Assembly (NCBI GenBank): GCA_963822965.1
Contig: CAWGJT010000005.1
Location: 640,001 to 704,000 of the forward strand
Reading direction: 5' to 3'
DNA: 64,000 bases
Source of the DNA: an uncultured delta proteobacterium
Lineage (GTDB): Bacteria; Myxococcota_A; UBA9160; UBA4427
The position numbers were made by a program, and so were the translations under genes. Of the stretch, positions 9,207 through 18,184 are shown one piece after another. Each line of letters opens with the position of its first letter. Position 1 is the stretch's first letter. The notes beneath the pieces are model-generated. The model was not told the origin of the DNA, did not search any database, and worked only from the letters and a program-made list of their open reading frames with translations.

Positions 9207-10088
9207 CGCCAGGATCCGCGCCGCCTCGTCGCAGGTCGCCACGGGCCGCCCCAGCTCCCGGCACAGCGCCGCCGCCCGGGAGACGAGCTCCTCGTTCGTG
9301 GGCTTGGCGCTGCCCGCGTAGTCCTCGAGTCCCACGTGCAGGTGGCCACCCCGCTCCAGGGCGTGCCGGGCGAGACCGTGCTCGAAGACGTCGCCTCCGA
9401 GCACGCCGACCGACCACGGAAGCCCGCACGTGCCCAGCATCTCGAGGTAGACGTCGAGACCCCACGGAGTCGGGGGCAGCCCGAAGCTCACGCCCGGGTA
9501 CCCCGCTCCCATGTAGCCATAGTCGCCCCCCAGATAGAACTTCACCAGGGATCCCGCCGGCAGACGGCCCGCGCGGTGGTAGGCCAGCGCGTGGCGCAGG
9601 AAGCCGGGTTCGAAGATCGCGATGCTCGGGCCCAGGCGTAGGGCCTCGTGCAGCTCGAAGGCCCAGCGGATGTCCGCCGGCGTGTTCGTGTACGCGAAGT
9701 GGATGGGGATCGGCAGTCCGTCGGCGTCCGAGCCGCCGAGGTTCACCGAGCCGGGATCCACGAAGCCCACCCGCAGCGGAACGGCCTCCGCCAGGATCTT
9801 CACGTGCTCGTAGCGATCCTCGACGGTCTGCCCGAATCCGAGGGTGGGATAGACGAGGGCGTCGGGACGCGCGGCGAGGATCGGCCGGAAGTGGTCCAGG
9901 TAGCGGGCCGCGGCCTCCTCCCCGGGAACCAGGATCTCGTGGATGTGGGTGTGGACGAGGCAGGCGCCGGCGCCGAGACAGGCCAGCGCGTCTTCCGTGA
10001 TCTCGGGCGCGCTGCGGGGAACGTTGGGGTTCGTCTCCTTCGAGGTCTGTCCGTTGAGCGCCACCTCGATCATCACCGGCGAGTCCAT
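9195..10088 (-). CDS. Beta-keto acid cleavage enzyme (BKACE/DUF849, Kce family)
   Basis: IEVALNG..NPNVP, GACLVHTH, GGHLHVGLED motifs. Confidence 0.88.
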   Translation of the reverse strand: MDSPVMIEVALNGQTSKETNPNVPRSAPEITEDALACLGAGACLVHTHIHEILVPGEEAAARYLDHFRPILAARPDALVYPTLGFGQTVEDRYEHVKILAEAVPLRVGFVDPGSVNLGGSDADGLPIPIHFAYTNTPADIRWAFELHEALRLGPSIAIFEPGFLRHALAYHRAGRLPAGSLVKFYLGGDYGYMGAGYPGVSFGLPPTPWGLDVYLEMLGTCGLPWSVGVLGGDVFEHGLARHALERGGHLHVGLEDYAGSAKPTNEELVSRAAALCRELGRPVATCDEAARILALPR

Positions 10089-10151
10089 CGGGCGAATCCC
10101 CCTGATGCTCGGGCACGAGCGGGGCCATCATAGCCGCCGGACCCCGGGCCT

Positions 10152-10187
10152 TTGACCTTTGCCCCGGGCGCGCTAGAACGTGTTCCA
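10152..10187 (+). promoter_or_regulatory. Promoter (TTGACC-N16-TAGAAC) overlapped by a KstR-type operator TAGAACGTGTTCCA
   Basis: 10174-10187 matches the KstR consensus TnnAACnnGTTnnA exactly and lies upstream of steroid side-chain genes. Confidence 0.6.
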
Positions 10188-10349
10188 CTCCGGCGTGCGG
10201 GAGCGCGTCCGCTGCCCGCGTGCGGGGTGAACTGTGTTCAGCGACGTGGTGCGGAAGGCGACGATCGGCGACCGCAGACGGGTCGAGCGAGCGAGAACCG
10301 AGACCAGCGGCTCGCGCGCGAGCCCCGGAACCCGAGGCCAGGCGACGCC

Positions 10350-11525
10350 ATGTACATCGACTACACGCCCGAGCAGAAGGCCCTGCGCGACGAGCTGCGC
10401 GCCTACTTCGCGAAGCTGATGACCCCCGAGCGGCGCGCCGAGCTCGAGGGCATGGAGGGCGGCCCGACCTACCGCGAGGTGATCCGCCAGATGGGCCGGG
10501 ACGGCTGGCTCGGCGTCGGCTGGCCCAAGGAGTTCGGGGGCCAGGGTCGCACCGCCCTCGAGCAGTTCATCTTCATCGACGAGGTCCGACGGGCGGGGGC
10601 TCCCTTCCCGTTCGTCACCCTGAGCACGGTCGGGCCGGTCCTGATGGCGCTCGGCTCCGAGGAGCAGAAGGCCGAGTACCTGCCCCGCATCCTGGCCGGC
10701 GAGATCCACTTCGCCATCGGCTACACGGAGCCAGAATCGGGGACCGACCTCGCGTCCCTCAGCACCGAGGCCGTGCGCGAGGGCGACGAGTACGTCATCA
10801 CCGGCACCAAGATCTACACCAGCGGCGCCAACGACGCCGACTACGTCTGGCTGGCCGCCCGCACGAGCAGCGAAGGCAAGAAGCACCACGGCATCACGAT
10901 CTTCATCCTCGACACGAAGGATCCCGGCTTCAGCGCATCGCTCATCCACACCGTCGGCAACGGCGCCACCTGCATGAGCTACTACGACCACTGCCGCGTG
11001 CCCGCCCGCAACATCGTCGGCGGGCTGAACGGCGGCTGGCGACTCATCACCAGCCAGCTCAACCACGAACGCGTGGGCCTCGCCGCCTTCGGCGCGCTCT
11101 CCCTCAAGCACCTGGACGACGTGGTGGCCTGGGCGCGCCAGACCGAGGCCGAGGACGGCCGCCCCGTGGCCGAGAAGCCCTGGGTCCAGATGGCGCTCGG
11201 CGAGGCGAAGGCGCGGCTCGAGGCGATGAAGATCATGAACTGGCGGATGGCCTGGGAGATCGAGCGCGGCGCGCCCGACCCGGCCCGGTCCTCGGCCGTC
11301 AAGGTCTACGGGACCGAGACCGTGATCGAGGTCTACCGCCTGCTGCTCGACGTGGTGGGCGCGGCGGGCGCGATCCGCGCGGGCTCGCCGTCGGCCGTGC
11401 TGCACGGCGAGCTCGAGGTGAACTACCGCGCCTGCCAGATCAACACCTTCGGCGGCGGCGTGAACGAGATCCAGCGCGAGATCGTCTCCATCGCCGGGCT
11501 GCGCATGCCGCGCGTGCCGCGATAG
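10350..11525 (+). CDS. Acyl-CoA dehydrogenase, FadE29/FadE26 (ChsE2/ChsE4)-like catalytic subunit
   Basis: GWLGVGWPKEFGGQG, FAIGYTEPESGTDLASL, catalytic LNHER, INTFGGGVNEIQR. Confidence 0.9.
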   Translation: MYIDYTPEQKALRDELRAYFAKLMTPERRAELEGMEGGPTYREVIRQMGRDGWLGVGWPKEFGGQGRTALEQFIFIDEVRRAGAPFPFVTLSTVGPVLMALGSEEQKAEYLPRILAGEIHFAIGYTEPESGTDLASLSTEAVREGDEYVITGTKIYTSGANDADYVWLAARTSSEGKKHHGITIFILDTKDPGFSASLIHTVGNGATCMSYYDHCRVPARNIVGGLNGGWRLITSQLNHERVGLAAFGALSLKHLDDVVAWARQTEAEDGRPVAEKPWVQMALGEAKARLEAMKIMNWRMAWEIERGAPDPARSSAVKVYGTETVIEVYRLLLDVVGAAGAIRAGSPSAVLHGELEVNYRACQINTFGGGVNEIQREIVSIAGLRMPRVPR

Positions 11526-11540
11526 GACGGAGAGCCATCC

Positions 11541-11990
11541 ATGTCGGACTCCAAGGCCAAGGCCGAGCCCACACCGCAGCCCCGGGGACCGCGCGCCGGT
11601 CGCCGCCCCCGGCCGGGCATCACCCACGACAATCGCTTCTTCTGGCAGGGCGTCGCCGAGGGAAAGCTCCTGATCCAGCGCTGCGCGTCCTGCAAGAAGC
11701 TGCGGCACCCGCCGGCGCCCATGTGCCGGCACTGCCGCTCCCTCGAGTGGGACACCGTGGAGGCCAGCGGGCGGGGTGTGGTCTACAGCTACGTCCGGCA
11801 CTACCACCCACAGATTCCGCCCTTCGAGCCGGGACACCCCATAGCGGTGATCGAGCTCGAAGAAGGCACCCGGCTCGTGAGCGACCTCGTCGGCATCGAC
11901 GGCGCCGACGTGAAGATCGGGCTGCCCGTCCGCGTGGAGTTCAACGCCGTCGACGACGAGCTCACCCTGCCCCAGTTCCGCCCGGCCTGA
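11541..11990 (+). CDS. Zn-ribbon/OB-fold DUF35 protein (like the ChsH2 C-terminal domain)
   Basis: FFWQG..LLIQRCASC..HPP..CRHC..SGRGVVYS..IELEEG.RLVS. Confidence 0.9.
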   Translation: MSDSKAKAEPTPQPRGPRAGRRPRPGITHDNRFFWQGVAEGKLLIQRCASCKKLRHPPAPMCRHCRSLEWDTVEASGRGVVYSYVRHYHPQIPPFEPGHPIAVIELEEGTRLVSDLVGIDGADVKIGLPVRVEFNAVDDELTLPQFRPA

Positions 11991-12010
11991 GCGCCGGCAG
12001 CGAGGATCCG

Positions 12011-13148
12011 ATGGACTTCTCCTTCAGCGAAGAGCAGGAGGCGGTGCGAGAGCTGGCCGCGCAGATCCTGGCCGACTACGCCGGACACGAGCGGCTGCGC
12101 GAAGTCGAGCGGTCCGCGGACGGCGTCGACCGCGAGCTGTGGAGCGCCCTCGCCGGGGCCAACCTTCTGGGGCTCACCCTGGCGGAAGCCTGGGGCGGCT
12201 CGGCGATGGGGCTCACCGAGCTCGCCATCCTGCTCGAGGCCCAGGGGCGCTCGCTGGTCCAGGTGCCGCTGCTGGCCACCCTCGTGATGGGTGCCCTGCC
12301 GGTGGAGGCGTTCGGAAGCGAGGCGCAGAAGCAGCGCCTGCTGCCCGGCGTGGCCTCGGGCGACACGATCCTGAGCGCCGGGCTCAGCGAGTACGCGGCC
12401 TTCGATCCCGCGCGGCCGCGCACGACCGCCGCGGCCGACGGCGACGCGTGGCGGCTCGAGGGCGAGAAGATCTGCGTGCCGGCCGGCCGGCTGGCCGCCC
12501 GCATCCTGGTGCCCGCGCGCACCCGGGACGACGCCGTTGGCGTCTTCCTCGTGGATCCCGCGAGCGAGGGCGTGACCCTCGAGCCCCAGGAGGCCACCAA
12601 CCACGAAGCCCAGGTGCGGCTCACCCTGTCCGGCGTGCGGGTGCCCGGCGAGGACGTGCTCGGCTCCCCGGTCGGCGGCCTGGAGATCGTCCGCTTCATC
12701 GAGGAGCGCGCCACGGCGGGCCTGTGCGCGATCACCCTGGGCGTCGCCGAGGAGGCCCTGCGCCGCACCGCCGAGTACACGGGCGTCCGCAAGCAGTTCG
12801 GCCGCCCCATCGGCTCGTTCCAGGGGGTCTCCCTGCGCGCCGCGGACGCCTACATCGACGTCGAGGCCATGCGCTCGACCCTCTGGCAGGCCGTCTGGCG
12901 CATCGACTCGGGCCTTCCGTCGCAGCTCGAGGTGGGCGTCGCCAAGTGGTGGGCGTGCCGCGGCGGACAGCGGGTGGTGCACACCGCCCAGCACCTGCAC
13001 GGCGGCACGGGGGCGGACATCGACTACCCGATCCACCGCTACCTGCTCTGGTCCAAGCAGCTCGATCTCACCCTCGGCGGCGCGTCGCTTCCAGCTCGCG
13101 CGGATCGGTGCGCTGGTCGCCGCGGGCACCGGCCTGGAGGCAAGGTGA
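12011..13148 (+). CDS. Acyl-CoA dehydrogenase, FadE28/FadE27-like partner subunit; frameshift near 13090
   Basis: MDFSFSEEQ.., RKQFGRPIGSFQ, QHLHGGTG.DIDYP. The corrected frame ends at TGA 13146-13148, overlapping the next ATG. Confidence 0.85.
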
Positions 13149-14329
13149 TGCGACTCGACAACGGCCTCCGGGACAAGACCGCGATCGTCGGCATCGGCGC
13201 CACCGAGTTCTCGAAGGACTCCGGCCGCAGCGAGCTGCGCCTGGCGGTGGAGGCCATCTCGGCGGCGCTCGACGATTGCGGGCTGGAGCCGCGGGACGTG
13301 GACGGCATGTGTGCGTTCACGATGGAGAACAACCCCGACAACGAGATCATCCGCTGCATGGGGATCGACGGGCTGCGCTGGTTCAGCCGCACCCACTACG
13401 GCGGCGGCGCCGCCTGCGCGACGGTGCACCAGGCCGCTACCGCGGTGGCGGCCGGCGTCGCAGACGTGGTGGTCTGCTATCGCGCGATGAACGAGCGCTC
13501 CCAGCAGCGCTTCGGCGCCGGCGTCCAGAACCGCCCGGCGATGCCGACCACGGAAGCAGCCCACTTCGGCTGGTACGCGCCCTTCGGCCTGCTGACCCCC
13601 GCCTCCTGGGTGGCGATGTTCGGCCAGCGCTACCTCTACGAGTACGGAGCTACCAGCGAGGCCTTCGGCCACGTCGCGGTGGCGGATCGCAAGCACGCGG
13701 CCACCAATCCCCGGGCGTGGTTCTACGAGCGCCCGATCACCCTGGAAGACCACCAGAGCTCGCGCTGGGTGGTGGACCCCCTGCGCCTCCTCGACTGCTG
13801 CCAGGAGAGCGACGGCGCCCAGGCGCTGATCGTGACCAGCGCCGAGCGCGCACGGGACCTCAGGCAGAAGCCCGCCCTCATCCGCGCCTCCGCCCAAGGC
13901 ATGTGCGAAGACCAGCAGATGATGACGAGCTACTACCGCGAGAGCCTGGTGGGCCTGCCCGAGATGGGCCTGGTTGCGAAGCAGCTCTACGCGACTTCGG
14001 GACTCGGTCCCCAGGACCTCCAGACCGGCGTCATCTACGACCACTTCACGCCGTTCGTGCTGGTGCAGCTCGAGGAGTTCGGCTTCTGCAAGCCGGGCGA
14101 GGCGCCGGACTTCGTGAGCAACGGCAACATCGAGGTCGGCGGTGGCTTTCCGATCAACACCAACGGCGGACAGCTCGGCGAGGCGTACATCCACGGTATG
14201 AACGGCATCGCCGAGGCGGTGCGACAGGTGCGCGGGACCGCGGTCAACCAGGTGGACGCCGTCGAGAACGTCCTGGTCACCGCGGGCACCGGCGTGCCCA
14301 CCAGCGCGGCCATTCTCGGCGTCGCCTGA
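13148..14329 (+). CDS. ltp2: Ltp2-type thiolase-fold steroid side-chain aldolase (lipid-transfer protein)
   Basis: AIVGIGATEFSKDSGRSEL, LLDCCQESDG, IYDHFTP and GQLGEAYIHG (the two catalytic Tyr positions), VLVTAGTGVPTS. Confidence 0.88.
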   Translation: MRLDNGLRDKTAIVGIGATEFSKDSGRSELRLAVEAISAALDDCGLEPRDVDGMCAFTMENNPDNEIIRCMGIDGLRWFSRTHYGGGAACATVHQAATAVAAGVADVVVCYRAMNERSQQRFGAGVQNRPAMPTTEAAHFGWYAPFGLLTPASWVAMFGQRYLYEYGATSEAFGHVAVADRKHAATNPRAWFYERPITLEDHQSSRWVVDPLRLLDCCQESDGAQALIVTSAERARDLRQKPALIRASAQGMCEDQQMMTSYYRESLVGLPEMGLVAKQLYATSGLGPQDLQTGVIYDHFTPFVLVQLEEFGFCKPGEAPDFVSNGNIEVGGGFPINTNGGQLGEAYIHGMNGIAEAVRQVRGTAVNQVDAVENVLVTAGTGVPTSAAILGVA

Positions 14330-14406
14330 CGCGCTTCGCGATCGGCTTCGCGACGATCGCGAGGACGGCCGATTGACGGGCCTCGGCCCTGTGCGAGAGT
14401 AGGCGC

Positions 14407-15702
14407 GTGCCCGTCGACGTCCGCATGCCCGAGCTCTCCTCCGACATGACGGAGGCCGACCTCGTCTCCTGGCTCGTCAAGCCGGGCGACCGCGTCGCGG
14501 CGGGCGACCTCATCGCCGAGCTCGAGACCGAGAAGTCGACGGTGGAGTTCGAGTCGCCCGTGAGCGGCACCCTGCTCGAGATCGTCGTGCCCCAGGGCAC
14601 GAACGGCGTGCAGGTCGGCACGGTCCTGGCGCGCTTCGAGAGCGACGGCGGCGAGACGGCGACGCCCTCCTCCCGGGAAGCCGACGCCGAGCCGCCGGGG
14701 GCGTCGGCCCCGAGAACCGAGCCCGAGCGTGCGGCCGTCATGGCCGAGCCGACGAACGCCGCGGCGACGGCCGAGCCCACGAGCGCAGCCCAGGCCCCTG
14801 CGCCCGAGCCCGAAGCCGCCGGGGCCGCCCCGGGTGGTGAGCGCGGGGCGACGGCGCTGGCGCGGCGCGTGGCCGCCCAGTCGGGGGTCCCCCTCTCCCA
14901 GGTGACGGGAAGCGGGCCCGGCGGGCCGCATCCTGAAGGCCGACGTGCAGGCCGCCGCGAGCCGGGAGACCGAGCCCGACACGCCGCCGGACGTGCCCAG
15001 GGAGTCCGTTCCGTTCGAGAGCGATACACCGTTCGAGCTGGTGCCGCTCTCGCGCATGCGGCGGACCATCGCCACCCGACTCGCCGAGGCGAAGCGCACC
15101 ATCCCTCACTTCTACCTGCGGGTGGAGTGCGAGATCGACCGCCTGCTCGAGCTGCGCGGGCGCTTCAACACCGGCGAGCACCGCATCTCCGTCAACGACT
15201 TCGTGGTGCGGGCAGCCGCGCTGGCTCTGGTCGAGGTCCCCGAGGCGAACGTCTCCTTCCGCGAAGACGCGTTGGTCCAGTACCAGCGCGCCGACGTGGC
15301 GGTCGCCGTCGCCACCGAGGGCGGTCTGCTGACGCCCATCGTGCGCGAGGCCGACCGCAAGGAGCTGACCGTGCTCTCGCAGGAGCTGCGCGAGCTCGCC
15401 GCGCGGGCCCGCGAGGGGCGGCTCGCGCCCGGGAGTACCAGGGCGGCAGCTTCACGGTCTCGAACCTCGGCATGTACGGCGTCGAGAGCGTCTACCCCAT
15501 CGTCAATCCGCCGCAGAGCTGCATCCTCGGTGTGGGCGCCGGCGTGCAGCGGCCGGTGGTTCGGAACGGGGGCCTGGCCGTGGGGACCGTGATGACCTGC
15601 ACCCTCTGCGCCGATCATCGCGCCGTGGACGGCGCCGTGGGCGCCCGCTGGCTGGCCGCACTCAAGCGCCGGCTCGAGGATCCGCTGGAGATGTTGCTCT
15701 GA
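14407..15702 (+). CDS. Dihydrolipoamide acyltransferase (2-oxoacid dehydrogenase E2); two compensating frameshifts near 14920 and 15430
   Basis: Lipoyl domain ETEKSTVE, E3-binding segment GSGPGGRI, catalytic domain IPHFYL..FTVSNLGMYG..DHRAVDGA. Confidence 0.9.
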   Translation: MPVDVRMPELSSDMTEADLVSWLVKPGDRVAAGDLIAELETEKSTVEFESPVSGTLLEIVVPQGTNGVQVGTVLARFESDGGETATPSSREADAEPPGASAPRTEPERAAVMAEPTNAAATAEPTSAAQAPAPEPEAAGAAPGGERGATALARRVAAQSGVPLSQVTGSGPGGPHPEGRRAGRREPGDRARHAAGRAQGVRSVRERYTVRAGAALAHAADHRHPTRRGEAHHPSLLPAGGVRDRPPARAARALQHRRAPHLRQRLRGAGSRAGSGRGPRGERLLPRRRVGPVPARRRGGRRRHRGRSADAHRARGRPQGADRALAGAARARRAGPRGAARAREYQGGSFTVSNLGMYGVESVYPIVNPPQSCILGVGAGVQRPVVRNGGLAVGTVMTCTLCADHRAVDGAVGARWLAALKRRLEDPLEMLL

Positions 15703-15705
15703 GCG

Positions 15706-15772
15706 GTCAGCGCCCCGCTGGGGCGCTGACTTGCAGCCTGAGGACAACGCTGAGCGTTGTCCTCCTAGGAGG
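15706..15772. terminator. Two perfect hairpins and a 12-bp palindrome between convergent genes
   Basis: GTCAGCGCCCC-GCT-GGGGCGCTGAC; GAGGACAACGCT-G-AGCGTTGTCCTC; CCTCCTAGGAGG. Confidence 0.55.
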
Positions 15773-15818
15773 TCGTGCCCACCCGGCCGGGGCGAGCGGG
15801 GCGCAGGGCCGGACCGGG

Positions 15819-16880
15819 TCAGCCTCCAGACGAAGACGCCTTCGGGTCCGTCCCCGGCCATCCCGGGGTGTGCCACGAGGCGCCGTCGGCCTCGACGACG
15901 AGCGCCTCCGCACCACGCGCACGGAGCGCCGCGCGGCCCTCTTCGGGGGACAGGATCAGCAGGGCCGTGCTCAGCACCTCGGCCGTGGTGGCGTCGTCCG
16001 CGACCACCACGGCGCGACGGCCGGCGGTGAGCGCCTCGCCGCTGCGGGGGTCGACCACGTGTCCGAAGCGCGTCCCCCCGATCTCGCTCCACTGCCCCAG
16101 GCTCGACGACACCGACAACGCCTGGTCGCGCAGGTCGACGGTGCCCTGCAGTCCGCCGGCGTCGGTCCCGATGGCGAGACGCCACGCCGGCGCGTCGACC
16201 GGGCGGCCCAGGGCCCACAGGCTGCTCCGTCCGAAGCTCAGCAGGCCGCGGCCCAAGCCCGCGGACCGAAGCTGCAGCGCGATCTCGTCGAGCGCGAAGC
16301 CCTTGGCGATGCCGCCGAGGTCGATGGACATGCCGGGCTCGGGCAGCGCGGCCCTGTCGCCGGGCCCGAGCCGGATGCCGCCGCCGACACGCCGCCGGGC
16401 CTCGGCCAGCTCGCCGGCCGAGGGCCGGAGACCGCGCTCCGCGGCCCGGGTCCACAGGACGACGAGCGGGCCGACCGTGACGTCGAAGGCGCCCCGCGTT
16501 TCCCGCCGCCCTTCCTCGGCTCGCTGGAGGAGGGCGCGGAGCCTTGGGTCGATCGGCAGGGGCTCGCCACCCGCGGCGGCGTTCAGCCGGCTCACGGCGC
16601 TGGCGGGCTCGAAGCGACTGGCCATCGAGTCGAGGGTGCCTGCCGACTCGAAGGCGACCTCGAGCGCCTGCCGCGCGCGCGCGCGGTCGCGCACGGGCAC
16701 CAGCAGGGAGACGTCGAGCACGGTCCCCATCACGAGCCGCCCGTCCTCGACGGGAACGAGCGACGGCGGCGAGGCGACGCACCCGAACCCCGTCGCGAGC
16801 CCCAGACCGAGACAGCCCGCGAGCCCCAGGCCCAGCCCGGCGCGCCGGACGCAGGCACGCAGACGACGCGAGCGCTGCAT
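15819..16880 (-). CDS. apbE: FAD:protein FMN transferase
   Basis: Lipoprotein-like signal; VMGT, SAVSRLN, GAFDVTVGPL..LW, IDLGGIAKGFALD, HVVDPRSG, AEVLSTAL. Confidence 0.92.
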   Translation of the reverse strand: MQRSRRLRACVRRAGLGLGLAGCLGLGLATGFGCVASPPSLVPVEDGRLVMGTVLDVSLLVPVRDRARARQALEVAFESAGTLDSMASRFEPASAVSRLNAAAGGEPLPIDPRLRALLQRAEEGRRETRGAFDVTVGPLVVLWTRAAERGLRPSAGELAEARRRVGGGIRLGPGDRAALPEPGMSIDLGGIAKGFALDEIALQLRSAGLGRGLLSFGRSSLWALGRPVDAPAWRLAIGTDAGGLQGTVDLRDQALSVSSSLGQWSEIGGTRFGHVVDPRSGEALTAGRRAVVVADDATTAEVLSTALLILSPEEGRAALRARGAEALVVEADGASWHTPGWPGTDPKASSSGG

Positions 16881-16894
16881 CGCGGGCCGGCCCT

Positions 16895-17467
16895 TCAGCG
16901 GTCCGTACGTTCCGGGTGGCCGAGGCCCGCCGGCGGGTCGTCCGGGAGATCGTCTTCGAGATCGTCCCAGGCTTCCCCGTCGAGGTTCTCCTGCGAGCCC
17001 GCGAAGACGGACCACACGGACACGCCGATCAGCACCGCGAGACTGCCCTGCAGGAGCAGGAACCCCGCCACCTTCACGATCGCGAAGGCCCCACCGCCGT
17101 AGCGTACGAGCCAGCCCGCGCCCTCGTCGAGCACGCCGGCGAAGAAGGGAACCGAGATGAGCCAGGCCTTCGCGCGCCCCGACATCGGCACGAAGAGCAT
17201 CAGGTGCGTCATCACCAGCAGCAGCATGCCGAACGCGAAGAGGTGGAAGTGGGAGATCTCGAGCAGGCCCTGGTAGGTGCGCGGCTGCGTGAACTGCTCG
17301 GGGTCGCCCAGGTAGTAGGCCACCACCGACGAAGGGGCGAGGCTCATCTTGGCGAAGTAGAGCGCCGCGTTGGTCAGCCACAACAGGCCGACGTAGACCG
17401 CGTACAGCAGGACGATGACCTGCAGCAGGCGATTGCGGGACCACTCTCCCGTTACCACGAAACGCAA
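16895..17467 (-). CDS. Small 4-TM membrane protein with His residues in TM2 (possible cytochrome b)
   Basis: TTG start (MRFVVTGEWSRNRLL); four hydrophobic helices; EISHFHLF..MTHL motif; acidic tail. Confidence 0.75.
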   Translation of the reverse strand: MRFVVTGEWSRNRLLQVIVLLYAVYVGLLWLTNAALYFAKMSLAPSSVVAYYLGDPEQFTQPRTYQGLLEISHFHLFAFGMLLLVMTHLMLFVPMSGRAKAWLISVPFFAGVLDEGAGWLVRYGGGAFAIVKVAGFLLLQGSLAVLIGVSVWSVFAGSQENLDGEAWDDLEDDLPDDPPAGLGHPERTDR

Positions 17468-17583
17468 CGCTCTCCAGGCCTCTCTTCCGGTCTTGCTTCG
17501 GTCTTCCCCAGCCCGTTCCTCGGCCCTTCGCGGCTCTTCCGGGCAGCGCCCGGCCTTCGGCGGACCGGCTCGTCCTGCCGAGC

Positions 17584-18135
17584 TCAGGGCGCCGCGGGCT
17601 CGGTCGGATGGATCAGCACCGCATAGTAGGCCAGCGCGCGCCGGACGCCGTCGGCGGCGGCCCGCGAGGACAGGGTGGCATTGACGACCCCGTGCACGTC
17701 GCTGCCGACGCGCAGGCGATCGTCCCGCGTCTTGCCCTCGAACTGCTCGTACCAGCGCTCCGAAGGCAGGTAGTCGAGGGGCTCGTGGAATGCGAGGATC
17801 CGCACCGAGCGGACGCGGCCCGAAGGATCCAGGACCACCATGAACGCCTCCGGCTGGGTTCGCACCGTGTGGACGTCGATGTGCGCGTATCCGAGCACCT
17901 CGTCGCCCCGATAGCCCGTCCAGATCGTCACGAGCTTGGACTCGAGCTGGGAGCGGGACTGCTCCTCGATCGCAGTCGTCTGCTCGGGCGTGAGGACGAA
18001 GGTCTCCTTCTCCACCCGATCCGCATCGGGGAAGGCCAGCGCGATCGCCTGCTGGCGGGAGTAGAACACCTTGGCGAGGGCTGCCGGGGCGGGGCCGGCG
18101 AGCAGCGCCGCAGCCAGCGCGAATCCCCACGCCAA
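17584..18135 (-). CDS. Periplasmic FMN-binding domain protein (start uncertain)
   Basis: Signal peptide (ALA-KVF); RnfG/FMN_bind-like V..VRILAFHEP..WYEQFEGK..DVHGVVNATLSS. Confidence 0.8.
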   Translation of the reverse strand: MAWGFALAAALLAGPAPAALAKVFYSRQQAIALAFPDADRVEKETFVLTPEQTTAIEEQSRSQLESKLVTIWTGYRGDEVLGYAHIDVHTVRTQPEAFMVVLDPSGRVRSVRILAFHEPLDYLPSERWYEQFEGKTRDDRLRVGSDVHGVVNATLSSRAAADGVRRALAYYAVLIHPTEPAAP

Positions 18136-18184
18136 CCGAGCGCACCTGCCCCGCCGAGCCGGCGACCCGGGACCCGGACGAGCC

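Noticed and set aside
12011..14329. Apparent ACAD-Ltp2 fusion in the 1369-aa ORF
   Set aside because: One extra base near 13090 bypasses the natural TGA at 13146-13148, which overlaps the ltp2 ATG.
14407..15702. E2 as part of the steroid operon
   Set aside because: It has its own TTGACG promoter at 14373, and stand-alone E2 genes are common.
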